Positions 1 through 8,562 of a stretch of DNA of 64,000 nt are shown here, in pieces. The position numbers were made by a program, and so were the translations under genes. Within the stretch, counting starts at the first letter, position 1; each line of letters starts with the position of its first letter. The notes under the pieces are model-generated. The model was not told where the DNA came from and ran no database searches. It saw only the letters and a list, made by a program, of their open reading frames with translations. The stretch comes from Chloroflexota bacterium (GTDB lineage Bacteria > Chloroflexota > Limnocylindria > Limnocylindrales > CSP1-4), in assembly GCA_040755495.1 (NCBI GenBank), contig JBFMAT010000007.1, positions 23,455 through 87,454 of the forward strand, written 5' to 3'.

Positions 1-184
1 CCACGGCCCGCTCGTAGAGCGTGATCGTCGCCTCCAGCGACTGGCCGCCGGACTCGAGCGCGGCGACCACCCGCTGGAGCTCGGCGAACGCGTCGTCGTA
101 CGGGAGCTCCGCGATGCCGGCGTCGAACGCCGCGTCGGGGGCGGTGCCGGGGGCGGTGCCGGCGGCTCCGGTGGCGTCCGTCAC
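1..184 (-). CDS. xseB: Exodeoxyribonuclease VII small subunit (partial, C-terminus runs off the window)
   Basis: My own translation of the minus strand from GTG at 184 gives VTDATGAAGTAPGTAPDAAFDAGIAELPYDDAFAELQRVVAALESGGQSLEATITLYERAV. The segment FAELQ..V..LESG..SLE..I.LYERA fits the XseB helical hairpin. It lies directly downstream of xseA. Confidence 0.8.
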   Translation of the reverse strand, partial: MTDATGAAGTAPGTAPDAAFDAGIAELPYDDAFAELQRVVAALESGGQSLEATITLYERAV

Positions 185-245
185 TCGTGGTCCTCCTGAG
201 GGCCGGCCCCGCGCGGGCCGGCGACGATCATAGCGAGGGTCTCGC

Positions 246-1667
246 TCAGCCGGGCGTCCGGGGATCTGACGCGGCGGGGCCGCCGCTCGTGGCGGCGAGC
301 GTGCCGCGTGACAGCGCGATCTCGAGCGCCGTGCCCGCGGCGGCGGCGGCCGGCTCCCGCACGATGGTGCCGTCGGCGGTGCGCCGGACGATCGCGTAGC
401 CACGATCGAGCGTCGCCTGCGGCCCGAGCGCGGCCAGCGAGGCGGTCGCGGTCGCGAGGCCGGCGGCGGCGGCCGAGAGCCTGGCCTCCAGCGCCCGCGG
501 TCCGCGCGCCGCGCTGCGCTCCAGCTCGCGTGCCGCCGACGCGAGCCGCGCGTCCAGCACGCGGGCGCCCCGGTCCAGCAGCAGGCCCACCCGTTCGCGC
601 GAGGCGGCGAGCTGCGCCCGCGGCTCGAGGCGGCCGAGCGCCCGCCGTTCGGCCTCCATGTCGCGAGCGGCCGTGGCGACACGACGGCCGGCGGCCGCCT
701 CCGCACGCCGGGCCATCGCGCGGACGAGCCCGACGGCCTCGATCCGGTCCGGCACCACCAGCTCCGCGGCGGCCGAGGGCGTGGGCGCGCGCACGTCCGC
801 CGCGAAGTCGGCGAGCGTGACGTCCGTCTCGTGGCCCACGCCGCACACCAGCGGCACCGGGTGCGCCACGACCGCCCGCACCACGCGCTCGTCGTTGAAC
901 GACCACAGGTCCTCGAGGGAGCCGCCGCCCCGGGCGAGGATGGTGACCTCGGGGGCGTGGGCGGCGCGGTCCTCCGCATCGGCCTGCGCGATCCAGCGCT
1001 CGAGGCGACGCAACGCCGCCACGATGCTCGCGGGCGCTCCCTCGCCCTGGACCTGGCAGGCGACGAGCAGCACCCGGGCCAGCGGCCAGCGCCGGGCAAG
1101 CACGTTGCACACGTCCCGCCACACCGCGCCCGTCGGGGAGGTGACGACGGCGATCGTGCGCGGGCGCGGTGGGAGTGGCCGCTTGCGCGGGGTGTCGAAC
1201 AGGCCCTCGGCCGCCAGGGCCGCCTTGAGCTGCTCGAACCGGACCGCGAGGTCGCCGAACCCCGACGGCTGCAGCGCGTCCACGTACAGCTGGAGCGCGC
1301 CCTGCGGCTCGAACAGGTCCATCCGGCCGTGGGCGATGACCTGGAGGCCCGTCTGGGGCTGGAACGCCGAGCGCGCCCGGTCGTCTCGGAACCACACGCA
1401 CTGGAGCTGGGCGCGCGCGTCCTTGAGCGTGAAGTAGGCGTGACCGGCGGTGCTCACCGTGACCCGCCCGACCTCGCCCTCGACCCACACGTCGCGCAGC
1501 CCCTCGTCGGAGCGGACGCGATCGCGGACGGCCCGCGTCACCTCGGTCACGGTGCGGACGCGGAGCCCGAACGTGCCGGCGGGGGTCACGGGACGGCGGG
1601 CGGGCGCCTCCTCGTCGGCGGGCACGGCGTCCCAACCGGGCAGCGTGGGATCCGTGGAGCGGGTCAA
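246..1667 (-). CDS. xseA: Exodeoxyribonuclease VII large subunit
   Basis: 473-aa ORF. It has an N-terminal OB-fold region (VWVEGEVGRV..GHAYFTLKD..AQLQCVWF) and a catalytic core (IAVVTSPTGAVWRD, ILARGGGSLEDLWSFNDE, VCGVGHETDVTLADFAAD.RAPTPSAAAE). The TTG start at 1667 is uncertain and internal GTG starts are possible. Confidence 0.93.
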   Translation of the reverse strand: MTRSTDPTLPGWDAVPADEEAPARRPVTPAGTFGLRVRTVTEVTRAVRDRVRSDEGLRDVWVEGEVGRVTVSTAGHAYFTLKDARAQLQCVWFRDDRARSAFQPQTGLQVIAHGRMDLFEPQGALQLYVDALQPSGFGDLAVRFEQLKAALAAEGLFDTPRKRPLPPRPRTIAVVTSPTGAVWRDVCNVLARRWPLARVLLVACQVQGEGAPASIVAALRRLERWIAQADAEDRAAHAPEVTILARGGGSLEDLWSFNDERVVRAVVAHPVPLVCGVGHETDVTLADFAADVRAPTPSAAAELVVPDRIEAVGLVRAMARRAEAAAGRRVATAARDMEAERRALGRLEPRAQLAASRERVGLLLDRGARVLDARLASAARELERSAARGPRALEARLSAAAAGLATATASLAALGPQATLDRGYAIVRRTADGTIVREPAAAAAGTALEIALSRGTLAATSGGPAASDPRTPG

Positions 1668-1693
1668 CGGCGAGCCGGGCGGCGCATGGACGG

Positions 1694-3040
1694 ATGGTAC
1701 CGACGGGCGGTCGAACGGGCATCGCCCGTCCCCTACCCTTGCGCCTGATGCTCGCCGATTCCCTCCCGGCCATCCTCGCCGCCGTCTCGGTCCTGTCGCC
1801 GCTCGCGGTTGCCGCCGGCTACGCCTACGGGCTCCTCGCCCACCACGTCGGGCGGTCGACGCTGCCGGCGACCGCGCTGATGGCCGCCGGCTTCGGGCTC
1901 AGCCTGGGCATCGGCGCCACCGCCACGATCGGCCAGCTCCAGCAGGCTCCGTCGGCGGGCGGGGCCCTGCTCGCGATGCTGTCGCTCGCCATCGCGATCG
2001 CGCCGGTGGTGGTGCTCGGGTTCGCCGGTCGCCGGCGCGCGGCCGCCCTGTACGCCGCCGGTGCCGCCGCGCCCTGGACGCTGGTGTTCGGGATCCACCT
2101 GGCGGACCTGGTCGCGGGCGCGGACCACGCGCCGCTGGTGACGACGGCGGCCTTCCTCGCGGGCGCGATCCCGCTGATCGTGGCGGCGCTGGTCGCCGCC
2201 CGGCCGGACCCGGTGCCGCTGCCCGACCCGCTCGCCCCGGCCGGGCGACCCGGCTCGCACCAGACCGGTGCGCTCAGCCGGGCCCTGCTGGCGAGGACGC
2301 GGTACGGCGAGGTGGGGCCGAGCCTGGTGCTCGGCCTGGTGGGCGGCCTGGCCGTCTCGACCTTCGTCCCCACCGTGCCCCTCGCCTCGCTGCTCGCGGT
2401 CGCGGCCGGCGCGATCCTGGGCACCGAGCTCGAGGTGCGCTGGATCCCCGCCTCGATCCGTCCCGCGGCCGAGGCGTTCCACTGGATCGGGCGGGGCGCC
2501 GTCGCCGACTTCCGCGCCGCGTCCGGCTCCCCGGTTCCGACGCGAGGGGCCGCGATGGAGCAGTGGCTGGCGACGGCGCCGGACACGGACGCCGCGCGGC
2601 GCTTCCGGGTGGAGCTGCTGGCGCATCTCGGCCGGCTGGACGAGGCGCGATCCGCGGCCGCGCGCCTCCCGGTCGAGACGCCGCTGGACCGGTTCCGCAG
2701 CGCGGCCGCGGCCGCCGACATCGACTGGAAAGCGGGGCGCGGGGCGCCGATCGATGAGCTGTCGGCGCTGGCCGAGGCAGTCGGCCCGCCCGGAGATCCC
2801 GCGCGCCGCGAGGCCGAGGGCATGGTGGCCTGGGTCGCGAGCCAGGCGCGGGTCGCCGACATGGACCCGGCCTGGGCCGAGCCGCTGGCGCGGTTCCGGG
2901 ATTCCCTGGGCGCGGATGCGACCGGCCTCCACGCAACGTCGATGCGGCGGCCCGTGCTCACGACGGCGCTGGTGGCCTCGCTGGCCGTGGTGCTGCTCAA
3001 CCTCGTGCTGACCGGAGGGCTCGCCCGGCTCGTGCCGTAG
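1694..3040 (+). CDS. Hypothetical polytopic membrane protein with a helical soluble C-terminal region
   Basis: 448-aa ORF with high third-position GC. It has several hydrophobic segments, then an Ala/Arg/Leu-rich helical region, then a final TM. An alternative ATG at 1748 (MLADSLPAIL) gives a cleaner N-terminus. I do not recognise a family. Confidence 0.6.
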   Translation: MVPTGGRTGIARPLPLRLMLADSLPAILAAVSVLSPLAVAAGYAYGLLAHHVGRSTLPATALMAAGFGLSLGIGATATIGQLQQAPSAGGALLAMLSLAIAIAPVVVLGFAGRRRAAALYAAGAAAPWTLVFGIHLADLVAGADHAPLVTTAAFLAGAIPLIVAALVAARPDPVPLPDPLAPAGRPGSHQTGALSRALLARTRYGEVGPSLVLGLVGGLAVSTFVPTVPLASLLAVAAGAILGTELEVRWIPASIRPAAEAFHWIGRGAVADFRAASGSPVPTRGAAMEQWLATAPDTDAARRFRVELLAHLGRLDEARSAAARLPVETPLDRFRSAAAAADIDWKAGRGAPIDELSALAEAVGPPGDPARREAEGMVAWVASQARVADMDPAWAEPLARFRDSLGADATGLHATSMRRPVLTTALVASLAVVLLNLVLTGGLARLVP

Positions 3041-3143
3041 TCGTGGCGCGCGCCGCCGCGCCGGGCCCGGTCGCGTGCCAGCTCCGGGCCGGTCGCCGGT
3101 CGCGTGCCAGCGCCGGATCCGTTCCTTGCTTCAACGCCGGGCC

Positions 3144-3293
3144 GGTCGCCCAGCGACCCAACGAGCGCACCGCGAGACGGGTCGGTCGCCCGGCGCCGCG
3201 TTCGTCGCACCGCGAGCCGGTCGTGCGCAACGAATCGGGCGCCCAGCGACCACCTCTTCGCATCGTGCGACCGTTGCGTCTCCCGGCGACCGG
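3144..3293. repeat. Family B structured intergenic repeat, copy 1
   Basis: About 150 nt that align by eye, colinearly and in the same orientation, with 21052-21201. Shared blocks include TCGCCCnGCGACCCAACGAGCGCA, GTTCGTCGCACC...GTGC(G)CAACGAA and GTC.CC.GGCGACCGG. It contains several short GC-rich hairpins such as GGTCGCC-N-GGCGACC. Confidence 0.75.
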
Positions 3294-3349
3294 AAGCGCG
3301 ACGGCGACCGGAAGCGCGACCGCGACCGGGTGCGAATGACCGCCTCGGA

Positions 3350-4936
3350 CTACCGGGCGAGCACAGAGCCGAACTCGTCGTCGCGCTCCGATTGCCCCGG
3401 GACGCCCGGCGTCGACTGCGACCACGCCGTCGCTCCGGCCGAGAGCAGCCCGGAGCGGCTGCCCGGCAGCACGACGATCATCCCGGCCGCCCGCGCGCCC
3501 CGGACCCGGTCGCCGGGGATGCCGATCGCGAGGTCCGACGGCCGGTCGAACCTCCCGGCGCTGACCGTCAACGCGGAGCCGAAGCGGTCGCCCGCGACGG
3601 CCGGACCCGGGACCCCGAGCGTGTCTTGCGTCCATCGCCGCGCCCGCGATGCGCCGAGGCCGCGGGGCCCACCGTAGAGGACCGTGACCGAGCCTGCCCG
3701 CCATCGCTCCTCGCCCGCGCCCCCGGGCAGCCTCTCGTCCGGTGCGCCGACCGCGAGGTCCGCGAAGCCGTCGGCATCGAAGTCGCCGGCGACGAGGGTC
3801 GTCCCGAACCGGTGCCCGGCGCCCGCGCGCCCCGGGACGCCCCGGCTCGCCTGCGTCCAGAGGCGGTCGCCCTCGGCCGTGAGGCCGGCGGCCGAGCCGC
3901 GGATGACATGCACGGCGCCCTGGTCGCAGAAGCCGTAGGGCGCCAGGGGATCGCCCCACGAGTCGTGACCACAGTCCCGGTCGCCCAGGTCCTCGGCCGG
4001 CACGCCGACCGCGAGGTCGCCGAACCCGTCGCCGTCGAAATCGCCGATCGCGAGCTCGGTCCCGAACTCGTCGAGCTCGAGGTCGCCTGCACCCGACTCC
4101 ACGATCCCCGGCGACTCCTGGCCCCACGTCTCGACGCGCGGCGCGGTCGCGGTCGAGCGAGCCCCGTACGCGACGTGCACCGTGCCGCCCGGATTCCTGC
4201 CATCCAGCCCCATGACGACATCACCGGTCCCGTCGCCGTCGAGATCGCCGGCGGCGAGCGCCATGACCCCCGCGTAGATCGAGTCCACGCTCAGCAGGCG
4301 CCGGGCCACCTCCGCGACGCCGTCGGGTCCACCCGACAGGGCGACGACCGTCGCCGTCCGCCCCATGCCGCTCGTCCAGGCGCCGGCACCCGCGAGCAGG
4401 TCCGGGTACCCGTCACCATCGACGTCGACGGCGGCCAGCGCGAGCCCGAGCGAGCCCGGCGAGCCTTCGATGTCGCCCTCGCGTAGCTGGCTGCCGTCCG
4501 CTGTGAGGCCGTCCGGACCGCCGTACAGCAGCCACACGCCCCGCCGCTCGTCGAACCCCGGGTCGCGGTATGAGGCGGCGATCGCGAGGTCGGCGAAGCC
4601 ATCGTCATCGAAGTCGGCGGTCGTGAGCGCGACGCCGAACTCGCGAACGTGAGCCGCGGGTGGCGCCGGCAGGCCCGGGGTCGACGCCGACCACGACTGG
4701 CTGCCTCGCGTCGACAGTCCGTCGGGCGAGCCGTACAGGACCACGACCCTGCCCAACCAGCGCGTGCCGTCTGGGGCGGCCTCGCGCGGCATGCCGACGG
4801 CGAGGTCCGGATACCCGTCGCCGTTGAAGTCCGACGGGATGACGGCCGGATGATGGTCCGCCCGTGCGGCCGGCGGTGCGCCCAACCCGGCAACGGCGAG
4901 GGCGATCGCCGCGGCGGTGGCGGTCAGCACGCGCAT
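3350..4936 (-). CDS. Secreted FG-GAP repeat protein (integrin-alpha-like beta-propeller)
   Basis: 528-aa ORF. Signal peptide MRVLTATAAAIALAVAGLGAPPAARA. Seven to eight repeats of the form (E/R)FG..L..GDFDGDG(F/Y)(A/P)DLA(V/I)G.P. Confidence 0.85.
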   Translation of the reverse strand: MRVLTATAAAIALAVAGLGAPPAARADHHPAVIPSDFNGDGYPDLAVGMPREAAPDGTRWLGRVVVLYGSPDGLSTRGSQSWSASTPGLPAPPAAHVREFGVALTTADFDDDGFADLAIAASYRDPGFDERRGVWLLYGGPDGLTADGSQLREGDIEGSPGSLGLALAAVDVDGDGYPDLLAGAGAWTSGMGRTATVVALSGGPDGVAEVARRLLSVDSIYAGVMALAAGDLDGDGTGDVVMGLDGRNPGGTVHVAYGARSTATAPRVETWGQESPGIVESGAGDLELDEFGTELAIGDFDGDGFGDLAVGVPAEDLGDRDCGHDSWGDPLAPYGFCDQGAVHVIRGSAAGLTAEGDRLWTQASRGVPGRAGAGHRFGTTLVAGDFDADGFADLAVGAPDERLPGGAGEERWRAGSVTVLYGGPRGLGASRARRWTQDTLGVPGPAVAGDRFGSALTVSAGRFDRPSDLAIGIPGDRVRGARAAGMIVVLPGSRSGLLSAGATAWSQSTPGVPGQSERDDEFGSVLAR

Positions 4937-5008
4937 CCCGATCCTCCCGGTGCTGCTCCAGGCTCGTGTCGAGCACTGGACCCGCGGGCACGGGGCGGTG
5001 TGACGCGA

Positions 5009-5566
5009 TCAGAGGCGGGTCTGGTACTCGCCGGTGCGGGTGTCGATGCGCAGCGTGTCGCCCTCGTTGACGAACAGCGGCACGGTCACGACGAGCCCGG
5101 TCTCCATGGTGGCGTTCTTGCGGGCGCCCTGGGCCGTGTCGCCGGCGAAGCCGGGCTCCGTCTCGGCGACCAGCAGGTCCACCGTGACCGGGAGCTCGAC
5201 GCCCAGCGTCTCGCCCTGGTAGCTCGTCCGGTCGAGCGTCATGCCCTCCTTGAGGTAGGGCACCGCGTCATCGAGCGTCTCGGCACGCAGGCTGAACTGC
5301 TCGTACGACTCGGTCTCCATGAAGTGGAGGTCGTCGCCGTCGCGGTACAGGTACTGCACCGGGCGCCGGTCGATCTGGGCGCGCGGCCAGCGGTCGCCGG
5401 CCTGGAACGACTTCTCGACCGTGCTGCCCTTCTTGACGTTGCGCAGCTTGATCCGGACCTGGGCCGAGCCGCGGCCCATCTTGATGTGGTGGTAGTCGAG
5501 GATCTGCCACAGGTCGCCGTCAAGCTCGATGACGACGCCCTTGCGCAGCTCGCCGGTGCTGATCAT
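5009..5566 (-). CDS. efp: Elongation factor P
   Basis: The inner ATG at 5566 gives 185 aa, MISTGELRKGVVIELDGDLWQILDYHHIKMGRGSAQVRIKLRNVKKG...VPLFVNEGDTLRIDTRTGEYQTRL, which is full-length EF-P-like. The upstream part of the 240-aa ORF is Arg/Pro/Gly junk. Confidence 0.95.
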   Translation of the reverse strand: MISTGELRKGVVIELDGDLWQILDYHHIKMGRGSAQVRIKLRNVKKGSTVEKSFQAGDRWPRAQIDRRPVQYLYRDGDDLHFMETESYEQFSLRAETLDDAVPYLKEGMTLDRTSYQGETLGVELPVTVDLLVAETEPGFAGDTAQGARKNATMETGLVVTVPLFVNEGDTLRIDTRTGEYQTRL

Positions 5567-5748
5567 GTCGGGCTGGTGCTCCAGGGTGGCGCGCCTCGGG
5601 CCCGCGACGACATGCGGTGGCCCGGCGCCGTGACGCTGTGGGTGTCGGCGCGGATCGTACCAGAGGCCGCCGCCGGTGCCGCCCGAGCCGGCCCTGCCGG
5701 CGGGCCGTCGCGTGGCGAGGCAGGGTGGCACGCCCGCACGGCGCTCGC

Positions 5749-5911
5749 GCGGCTTCCGAAGCCGCGATCCAGAGGCTGCCAGCCTCCCCTGCGGCTCCCG
5801 AAGCCGCGATCGACCGCTTCAAGGGGTCATGGGGGTCCTTCGGCGGCATTCCGCGGCATGAGAAGCCGCACGCGCGGCCACGGGGCCGGGAATCGCGGCT
5901 TCCGGAGCCGC
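5749..5911. repeat. Family A composite four-hairpin intergenic element, copy 1
   Basis: Four hairpins: GCGGCTTCCGAAGCCGC+GATC (5749), GCGGCTCCCGAAGCCGC+GATC (5791), GCGGCATGAGAAGCCGC (5853), and GAATC+GCGGCTTCCGGAGCCGC (5895). Order and spacing (42 / 62 / 42 nt) resemble the copy at 15215-15388. Confidence 0.8.
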
Positions 5912-5925
5912 GCGCCGAGACGCTG

Positions 5926-7170
5926 TCAAGCGGGCAGCGCGATCACCTCGCGCGGGAACCGGGTCAGCCGCTCGACCAGGCCGCGGGTGACGTCGAGGCG
6001 GACGAGGTCCTCGATCCGGATCCCGGTCTCGCCCTCCAGGTACACGCCGGGCTCCACGGAGAACACCGTGGGGCTGGGCAGCGAGTCCTCCGAGCCCGCC
6101 TTCGACAGCCGCGGCTCCTCGTGCGTCGCGAGGCCGATGCCGTGGCCGGTGCCGTGGCCGAAGTGGGCGCCGTGGCCGGCGGCCTCGATGACGTCACGGG
6201 CGGCCGCGTCCGCCGCCCGGCCGGAGATCAGCCAGCCGCCCCGCCCGAGCGTCCGCTCCTCGGACGCCGCGAGCGCGTCGATCGCCGCCTGCTGGGCCCG
6301 CGCGACCAGCGCGTAGAGCTCGAGATCCCGGGCCGTGGGCTCGCCCACGAACAGGGTCCGGGTCATGTCGCTCCGGTAGCCCTCCACCTGCGCGCCGAAG
6401 TCGAACAGCAGCACGGCGTTCGCGAGCACCGGGCGGTCACCGGGCGAGCCGTGGGGCAGCGCGGCCTCGGGGCCGGCGAGGCAGGCGACGTCGAACGCGA
6501 GCGCCTCCGCGCCGCCGGTGCGGATGAGCCACTCGAGCCGCAACGCGAGGTCGTGCTCGGTGACGCCCGGGCGGACCTCCGGCAGCAGCGTCGCCAGGGC
6601 CCGATCCGCCACGCCGCAGGCGGCGGCGATCCGCTCCACCTCGTCGTCGGTCTTGATCGCCCGCAGCGCCTCCAGCCAGCCGTCCACGGGCACCAGCTCC
6701 GCGTCCGGCGACGCCTCGGCCAGGCGCCGCCACAGCGCGTGCGACACGGCGTCCGCCTCGACGGCCGCCCGCGTCGCCCCCACGCGTTCCAGCAGCCGCG
6801 GCCAGGCGCCCGGCAGGTCGTAGCCGATCTCGTCCACGGTCGCGTCCGGCGCCTCCCGCCGCGCCTGGATCGTGTACCGCGAATCCGTGAGGACGACGAC
6901 CTCGTCGCCGCCCACGAGGAACTGGCCCGAGTGCCCCGCCACCCGGTCCTCGCCCTCGGCGAGCGTGAACCCGGTGAGCCAGCGCATGTGCTCGCGCTTC
7001 ACGCCGAAGTAGGCGTCGACGCCCTCGGTGGCCATCCGCGCCCGGAGGGCGGCCAGCCGGCCGGGCCGGTGCTCCCGGTCCGCCTCGAGCCACCGGCGGC
7101 GGGTCGCCGCGTCCGGCGGCGGGGCAAAGTCGGCGGGGCGCGGCAAGGTGGCCACGCGACCCAACGTCAC
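5926..7170 (-). CDS. Xaa-Pro aminopeptidase (peptidase M24 family)
   Basis: 414-aa ORF with a creatinase-like N-domain and an M24 core (LLFDFGAQVEGYRSDMTRT, HFGHGTGHGIGLATHEEP, VFSVEPGVY..GETGIRIED). Its position upstream of efp is typical. Confidence 0.9.
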   Translation of the reverse strand: MTLGRVATLPRPADFAPPPDAATRRRWLEADREHRPGRLAALRARMATEGVDAYFGVKREHMRWLTGFTLAEGEDRVAGHSGQFLVGGDEVVVLTDSRYTIQARREAPDATVDEIGYDLPGAWPRLLERVGATRAAVEADAVSHALWRRLAEASPDAELVPVDGWLEALRAIKTDDEVERIAAACGVADRALATLLPEVRPGVTEHDLALRLEWLIRTGGAEALAFDVACLAGPEAALPHGSPGDRPVLANAVLLFDFGAQVEGYRSDMTRTLFVGEPTARDLELYALVARAQQAAIDALAASEERTLGRGGWLISGRAADAAARDVIEAAGHGAHFGHGTGHGIGLATHEEPRLSKAGSEDSLPSPTVFSVEPGVYLEGETGIRIEDLVRLDVTRGLVERLTRFPREVIALPA

Positions 7171-7173
7171 GAG

Positions 7174-8562
7174 CTAGTACCCATACTTGCGGAGCTTCTG
7201 CTCGTGCTCCGCGAGGCTCTTGCTGAAGTCGTGTGCGCCGCCGCCGTCGGGGATGGCCACGAAATACGTGTACTTGCTCTTGGTGTCCGGGGCGAGCGCG
7301 GCGTCGATCGACGCGACCGACGGCGTCGCGATCGGCGACGGCGGCAGCCCGCGGACGAGGTAGGTGTTGAAGCCTGCGAGCCGCTCGGGGAGCTGCTGGT
7401 CCCTGATCCCGCCCTCGGGGACCGTCCAGAACACGTACTGCGCCCAGTCCGGGCTGTAGGTCCCGAGCTTCACGGTGTCCACGGCGTAGATGATCGTGGG
7501 GTCCGCTTGGAGCAGGCCGTGCTTCACGCTCACGACGCGGTCGATCCGGTTCTGGTACACGCCGGCGATCAGCGGGCGCTCCTCGTCCAGGACGGCCTCG
7601 CGCTCCACGATCGAGGCAAGGATCAGCACCTGGTAGAAGGTCAGCTTGCGCGACGCCGGGACGTCGAGCCGCTCCTCGCCCACCCGGTCGATGAACGCGT
7701 CCAGCATCATCCGCACGAGGTCGTCGGCGGTGGTGGGCTCGATGGGGTCGACCCGCAGCGTGTAGGTCGCCGGGTACAGGAAGCCTTCGAGCGTGGCGCC
7801 CTTGGGGCGGACGGTCTCGTCCAGCAGCCACGGGTAGTCGCCGAGCAGGGCGTCGGTGGGCTTCGTGACCAGGTTGTAGAACGCCTCGGGGTCGACCTTC
7901 GACGCCGGCAGCTTGGTCACCAGCAGGGCCGTCATCTGCTCCAGGCGCAGCCCCTCGCGGAAGGTCACGTTGATCGTGCGCAGCTCGATCCGGTTGCGGA
8001 CGAGCCCGTCCACGACCTCGGCCGGCGTCATGTTCAGCGCGAGGTCGAAGTCACCGGCATTGAGCTTGGGCGTGAGGTCCGTGATCCGGGCCTGGAACAG
8101 GAACGCCCGCTCGCTCTTGATGATCCCGGCCTCCAGCAGGCGCGGCGCGAGCGTCACGGGCGTGTCCCCGGCGTCGACGGTGAACTCCACGCGGGTGGGG
8201 TCATCGCTGGCCGGCGCGGTGAGCGCGGCACCCAGGTCCTCGCGCACGAGGTCCTCGACGAACCCGATCCGAAGCGCGGCCGGGTTGCCCTCGGCCCAGG
8301 GCACGACGACGGCCCGCACCAGCGGCCGGGCGACGGTGGCCATGGTCACCAGGACGACGACGCCCAGGACGACGAGGAACAGCACGAACCGGGCCAGGCC
8401 CCACAGGCCGCCGTGCGGGTTGCCGTAGCGCTCGTAGCGGCGCTGGTCGCCGGGGCCGCGACCGTAGCGCCCGGTCCGGGCGTAGGGGTTCGCCCGGCGC
8501 GCCGACGGGGCATCCGGCGTGACGCCGGGCTCCCGTGCGCCGCGACCGTCCCTGACGCTCAT
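7174..8562 (-). CDS. mltG: Endolytic murein transglycosylase MltG (YceG-like)
   Basis: ATG at 8562 overlaps the ruvX stop as ATGA. The protein has a basic N-tail, one TM (GLARFVLFLVVLGVVVLVTMA) and a YceG domain (INVTFREGLRLEQM, LEGFLYPATY, ILASIVEREA, IAGVYQNRI, LQADPTIIY, YNTYLVRGLPPSPIATPS). Confidence 0.9.
   Translation of the reverse strand: MSVRDGRGAREPGVTPDAPSARRANPYARTGRYGRGPGDQRRYERYGNPHGGLWGLARFVLFLVVLGVVVLVTMATVARPLVRAVVVPWAEGNPAALRIGFVEDLVREDLGAALTAPASDDPTRVEFTVDAGDTPVTLAPRLLEAGIIKSERAFLFQARITDLTPKLNAGDFDLALNMTPAEVVDGLVRNRIELRTINVTFREGLRLEQMTALLVTKLPASKVDPEAFYNLVTKPTDALLGDYPWLLDETVRPKGATLEGFLYPATYTLRVDPIEPTTADDLVRMMLDAFIDRVGEERLDVPASRKLTFYQVLILASIVEREAVLDEERPLIAGVYQNRIDRVVSVKHGLLQADPTIIYAVDTVKLGTYSPDWAQYVFWTVPEGGIRDQQLPERLAGFNTYLVRGLPPSPIATPSVASIDAALAPDTKSKYTYFVAIPDGGGAHDFSKSLAEHEQKLRKYGY

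Noticed and set aside
181-1773. 530-aa minus-strand ORF overlapping xseA in another frame, plus the many other same-strand out-of-frame ORFs listed
   Set aside because: This is an alternative frame of xseA. The sequence is almost pure Arg/Gly/Pro/Ala, while the xseA frame carries the family motifs.
5567-5748. Housekeeping small RNAs (SRP/4.5S RNA, RNase P RNA, tmRNA, 6S RNA) in the larger intergenic gaps (also 15074-15214, 20990-21051, 3041-3143)
   Set aside because: None of the signature motifs I know was found by eye: the SRP GGAAGCAGCC region, the RNase P GGAAAGUCCGGGC, or a tmRNA tag ORF. This cannot be excluded without covariance-model searches.
5749-5911. CRISPR array interpretation of the repeated GCGGCTTC..GAAGCCGCGATC units
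   Set aside because: There are only two to four short (17-21 nt) palindromic units per locus. Spacings are irregular at 42/62/42 nt, one unit is inverted, and no cas genes are present. The pattern fits REP-like hairpins, not CRISPR repeats.
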